NCBI GenBank assembly: GCA_030390025.1
Contig: CM059432.1
Coordinates: forward strand, 32,676,001-32,740,000
Origin: Squalus acanthias
Taxonomy: Eukaryota
Length of the DNA stretch: 64,000 nucleotides
Reading direction: 5' to 3'
Shown here: positions 61,644 to 64,000 of the stretch, piece by piece
How the letters are laid out: each line of letters opens with the position of its first letter
Position numbering within the stretch: position 1 is the first letter of the stretch
Made by a program: the position numbers and the translations under genes
Notes under the pieces: model-generated
Told to the model about the DNA's origin: nothing
The model's input: the letters and a program-made list of their open reading frames with translations, nothing else
The model's database searches: none

Positions 61644-62451
61644 TATTAGCAAAAAATTAACTGACCTAGTACAGGGGAACCCTAATTAACACATGTTTCT
61701 CAGGAAATGCTACGGTAGAAAAAGTATTTCTATTAATTTGCTGGGAAGCCTTAAGTATCACGAAGGCAAGACATCCACAGGATTGTCAACATAATACTTG
61801 ACATTTTCCAAGGCCTGACTCCTATGGCACAATCTCAAGACTCCCACTTGTACATTGCATGAGAATCGTAAATGTTGGCAACCCTGCATATCACTTCAAT
61901 TTTCTTAGACTGATTAGTGATGTTGAGATGCAGTTACAAAAGCTCTTGCATTTCTGACGTAACAACAGTGGTCCACCTTAAATACTAGCCATTCTTGTGA
62001 AGTTACGCGTGACACAGTGAATTATTTTTCAAGTGCAGCGACCTGTTACGTCTAAGGGCATTGTAAAATGCAAGGAATTTTCCCCCCTCTCAGATTCAGA
62101 CAAACAATAGTATTTTTTCACTTTAGTCAAAACTACATTGCTGAGGTTTCTCTTCATCCACTTTTGCACACAGTATCCACTCCAAAGTCACAACTGTATT
62201 ATCTACCAAAGATACATTCATTTGGGTACAGATGTGAATCATACTAATAGCAAGCTTGCAAACTACTTAACGTTTAAATAAAATTAAAGATATATCCTGT
62301 ACTGAAGAACAAGAACAACATATTACTTCTAATTCATGTGTAACAACTTCCTAGTGTGATTCATCACCTCAAATCTTTCCACCACCCTCCATGACAGACA
62401 AGCAAACAACTGTCCTTCACCCAAATGTCATACAGCTCAAAATGCTCTCTA

Positions 62452-62566
62452 GAGAGACAACCCAAATCAGAAGGTCAAATCTACGGATCTCAATCCGACA
62501 TAACCAGGAGAGACAACCCAAATCAGAAGGTCAAATCTATGGATCTCAATCCGACATAACCAGGAG
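62452..62566 (+). repeat. Tandem duplication with a 56-bp period
   Basis: gagagacaacccaaatcagaaggtc... twice, one C/T mismatch. Confidence 0.92.
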
Positions 62567-62699
62567 TATTGTATGTAGTCTGCAAGGCAACTGAAGCAGA
62601 GTGAAGGATCTGTTGAGAACATGAAAGTGAGAAGATAAATTTAAAACACATTACCCCACAAAAAAAGTTTCTCCTCCTCCCCAATAAAATAACTACTGG

Positions 62700-63420
62700 A
62701 CAACAACAACATGCATTTATATAGCACTTTAACATAGTAAAACAACCCAAGGCGCTTCACAGGAGATTCATCAAACAAAATTTGACACCGAGCCACATAA
62801 AGAGATATTAGGGCAGATAACCAAAATGCTTGGTCAAAGAGGTAGGTTTTAAAGAGCGTCTTAAAAGGAGGAGAGAGAGGTATAGAGACGGAGAGTTTTA
62901 GGGAGGGAATTCCAGAGCTTAGGTAGCTGAAGGCACGACCGCCAATTGTGGAACGGTTAAAATCAGGGTTGCGCAAGTAGCCAGAATTGGAGGAACGCTG
63001 AGATCTTGGAGGGTTTTAGGGCTGCAGGAAGTTACAGAGATAGAGAGGGACGAGGCCATGGAGGGATTTGAAAACAAGAATGAGGATTTTAAAATTGAGG
63101 CATTGTCGGACCGTGAGCCAGCGTAGGTCAGTGAGCACAGGGGTGATGGATGAACGGGACTCGGTGCGAGTCAGGACGGGTAGCAGAGTTTTGGATGAGC
63201 TCAAGTTTATGCAGGGTGGAAGCTGGGAGAGCGGCCAGGAGAATGTTGGAATCGTCAAGTCTAGAGGTAACAAAAGACATGGATGATGGTTTCAGCAGCA
63301 GATGAGCTGAGGTAGGGGTGGAGTCAGGCGATGTTACAGAGGTGGAAGTAGGCAGTCTTGGTGATGGAGTGGATATGTGGTGGGAAACTCACCTTGGGGT
63401 CAAATACAACACCAAGGATG
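62700..63420 (-). mobile_element. L2-clade LINE 3' fragment
   Basis: LGVVFDP...KTAYFHLCNIA, ITPVLTDLRWL, FKILILVFKSLHGL, STIGGRAFSY, FKTLFKTYLF. Confidence 0.88.
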
Positions 63421-63599
63421 CAAACTGTCATCCTGGCAGGGAGTTGAAAAGTAACACAGAGGTAGGAAACATAGCACAATTTGAGCAAGAAAAAATTGAA
63501 CAGAAGAGAGGACAACAGAAGGCAGGGAAACTGAGAAAGGGAAAACATATGCAGTAATTGTGCAAAGGAAAAATGATAAACATGTTAGGAAAATCAATG

Positions 63600-64000
63600 G
63601 GAACAGTGTTTGCCCCAAAGTTCCATACAGAATTGCCAGGAGCTTGAGGAATAAATAAGGGACCTATATATCTATGATAAAGAAGGAAACTGATTTTTTT
63701 AGGAATCAGAGACTTAGTTTATGGATGTGGACTGGGTGGTAAATGTATGATTATGGATTGTTCCAAAGGGATAGAAGGATAAAAACCTAATAGTAACCGA
63801 GATGGACAGCCTGGGTTCACGTATAGAAGCTCGAGAAACTTTGTGGATCAGATTGAATGAGAAAAATGGAAAAGATATAGGTCACCAAGTCAGGCAGAGG
63901 ATATAATTAGAGCAGTTTATGCTCAGTTCAGGGGAAGATCTAAGGAAGATAAATTGCAATGGAAGATTTAAATTTGCCTCAGATCAATTGGGAAAATTAT
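63600..64000 (+). mobile_element. Old CR1 endonuclease-region fragment
   Basis: Residual atataggtcacca and atggaagatttaaatttgcc (YRxP and GDFNxP-like). Confidence 0.5.

Noticed and set aside
62452..62566. CRISPR-like or functional repeat array
   Set aside because: Only two adjacent units with no spacer, in eukaryotic intron context; a simple tandem duplication.
61214..64000. SCAP start-codon exon or promoter
   Set aside because: No MTLTE-like exon or CpG-island promoter seen; the region is repeats and AT-rich intron.

Overview
Vertebrate genomic DNA, most likely a cartilaginous fish (inferred from the repeat landscape). The window lies wholly inside one large host gene, SCAP (SREBP cleavage-activating protein), on the minus strand. 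Ten consecutive GT-AG coding exons (61213 down to 9139; 1465 nt) splice in frame and encode luminal loop 1, the sterol-sensing domain (YIYF), the MELADL COPII signal and cytosolic loop 6. The first and later exons lie outside the window. The introns are packed with transposons: many CR1 fragments, L2 and RTE-X-like LINE pieces, tRNA/Deu-type SINEs, Penelope elements with hammerhead-like motifs, two decayed Harbinger transposons, several 3-bp-TSD Harbinger-type MITEs and two TA-TSD mariner/pogo-type MITEs, often nested. The standout is a complete, very young 4441-bp Gypsy LTR retrotransposon (2121-6561) with identical 194-bp LTRs, a CCCAT TSD and one intact 1318-aa Gag-Pol ORF. It has no tRNA primer site. 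Instead, the 11 nt just inside its 5' LTR are perfectly complementary to its own LTR, suggesting Tf1-style self-priming in an element without a chromodomain, whose RT also reads YLDN. All calls were made by eye; degraded repeat boundaries are approximate and human SCAP comparisons are from recall.
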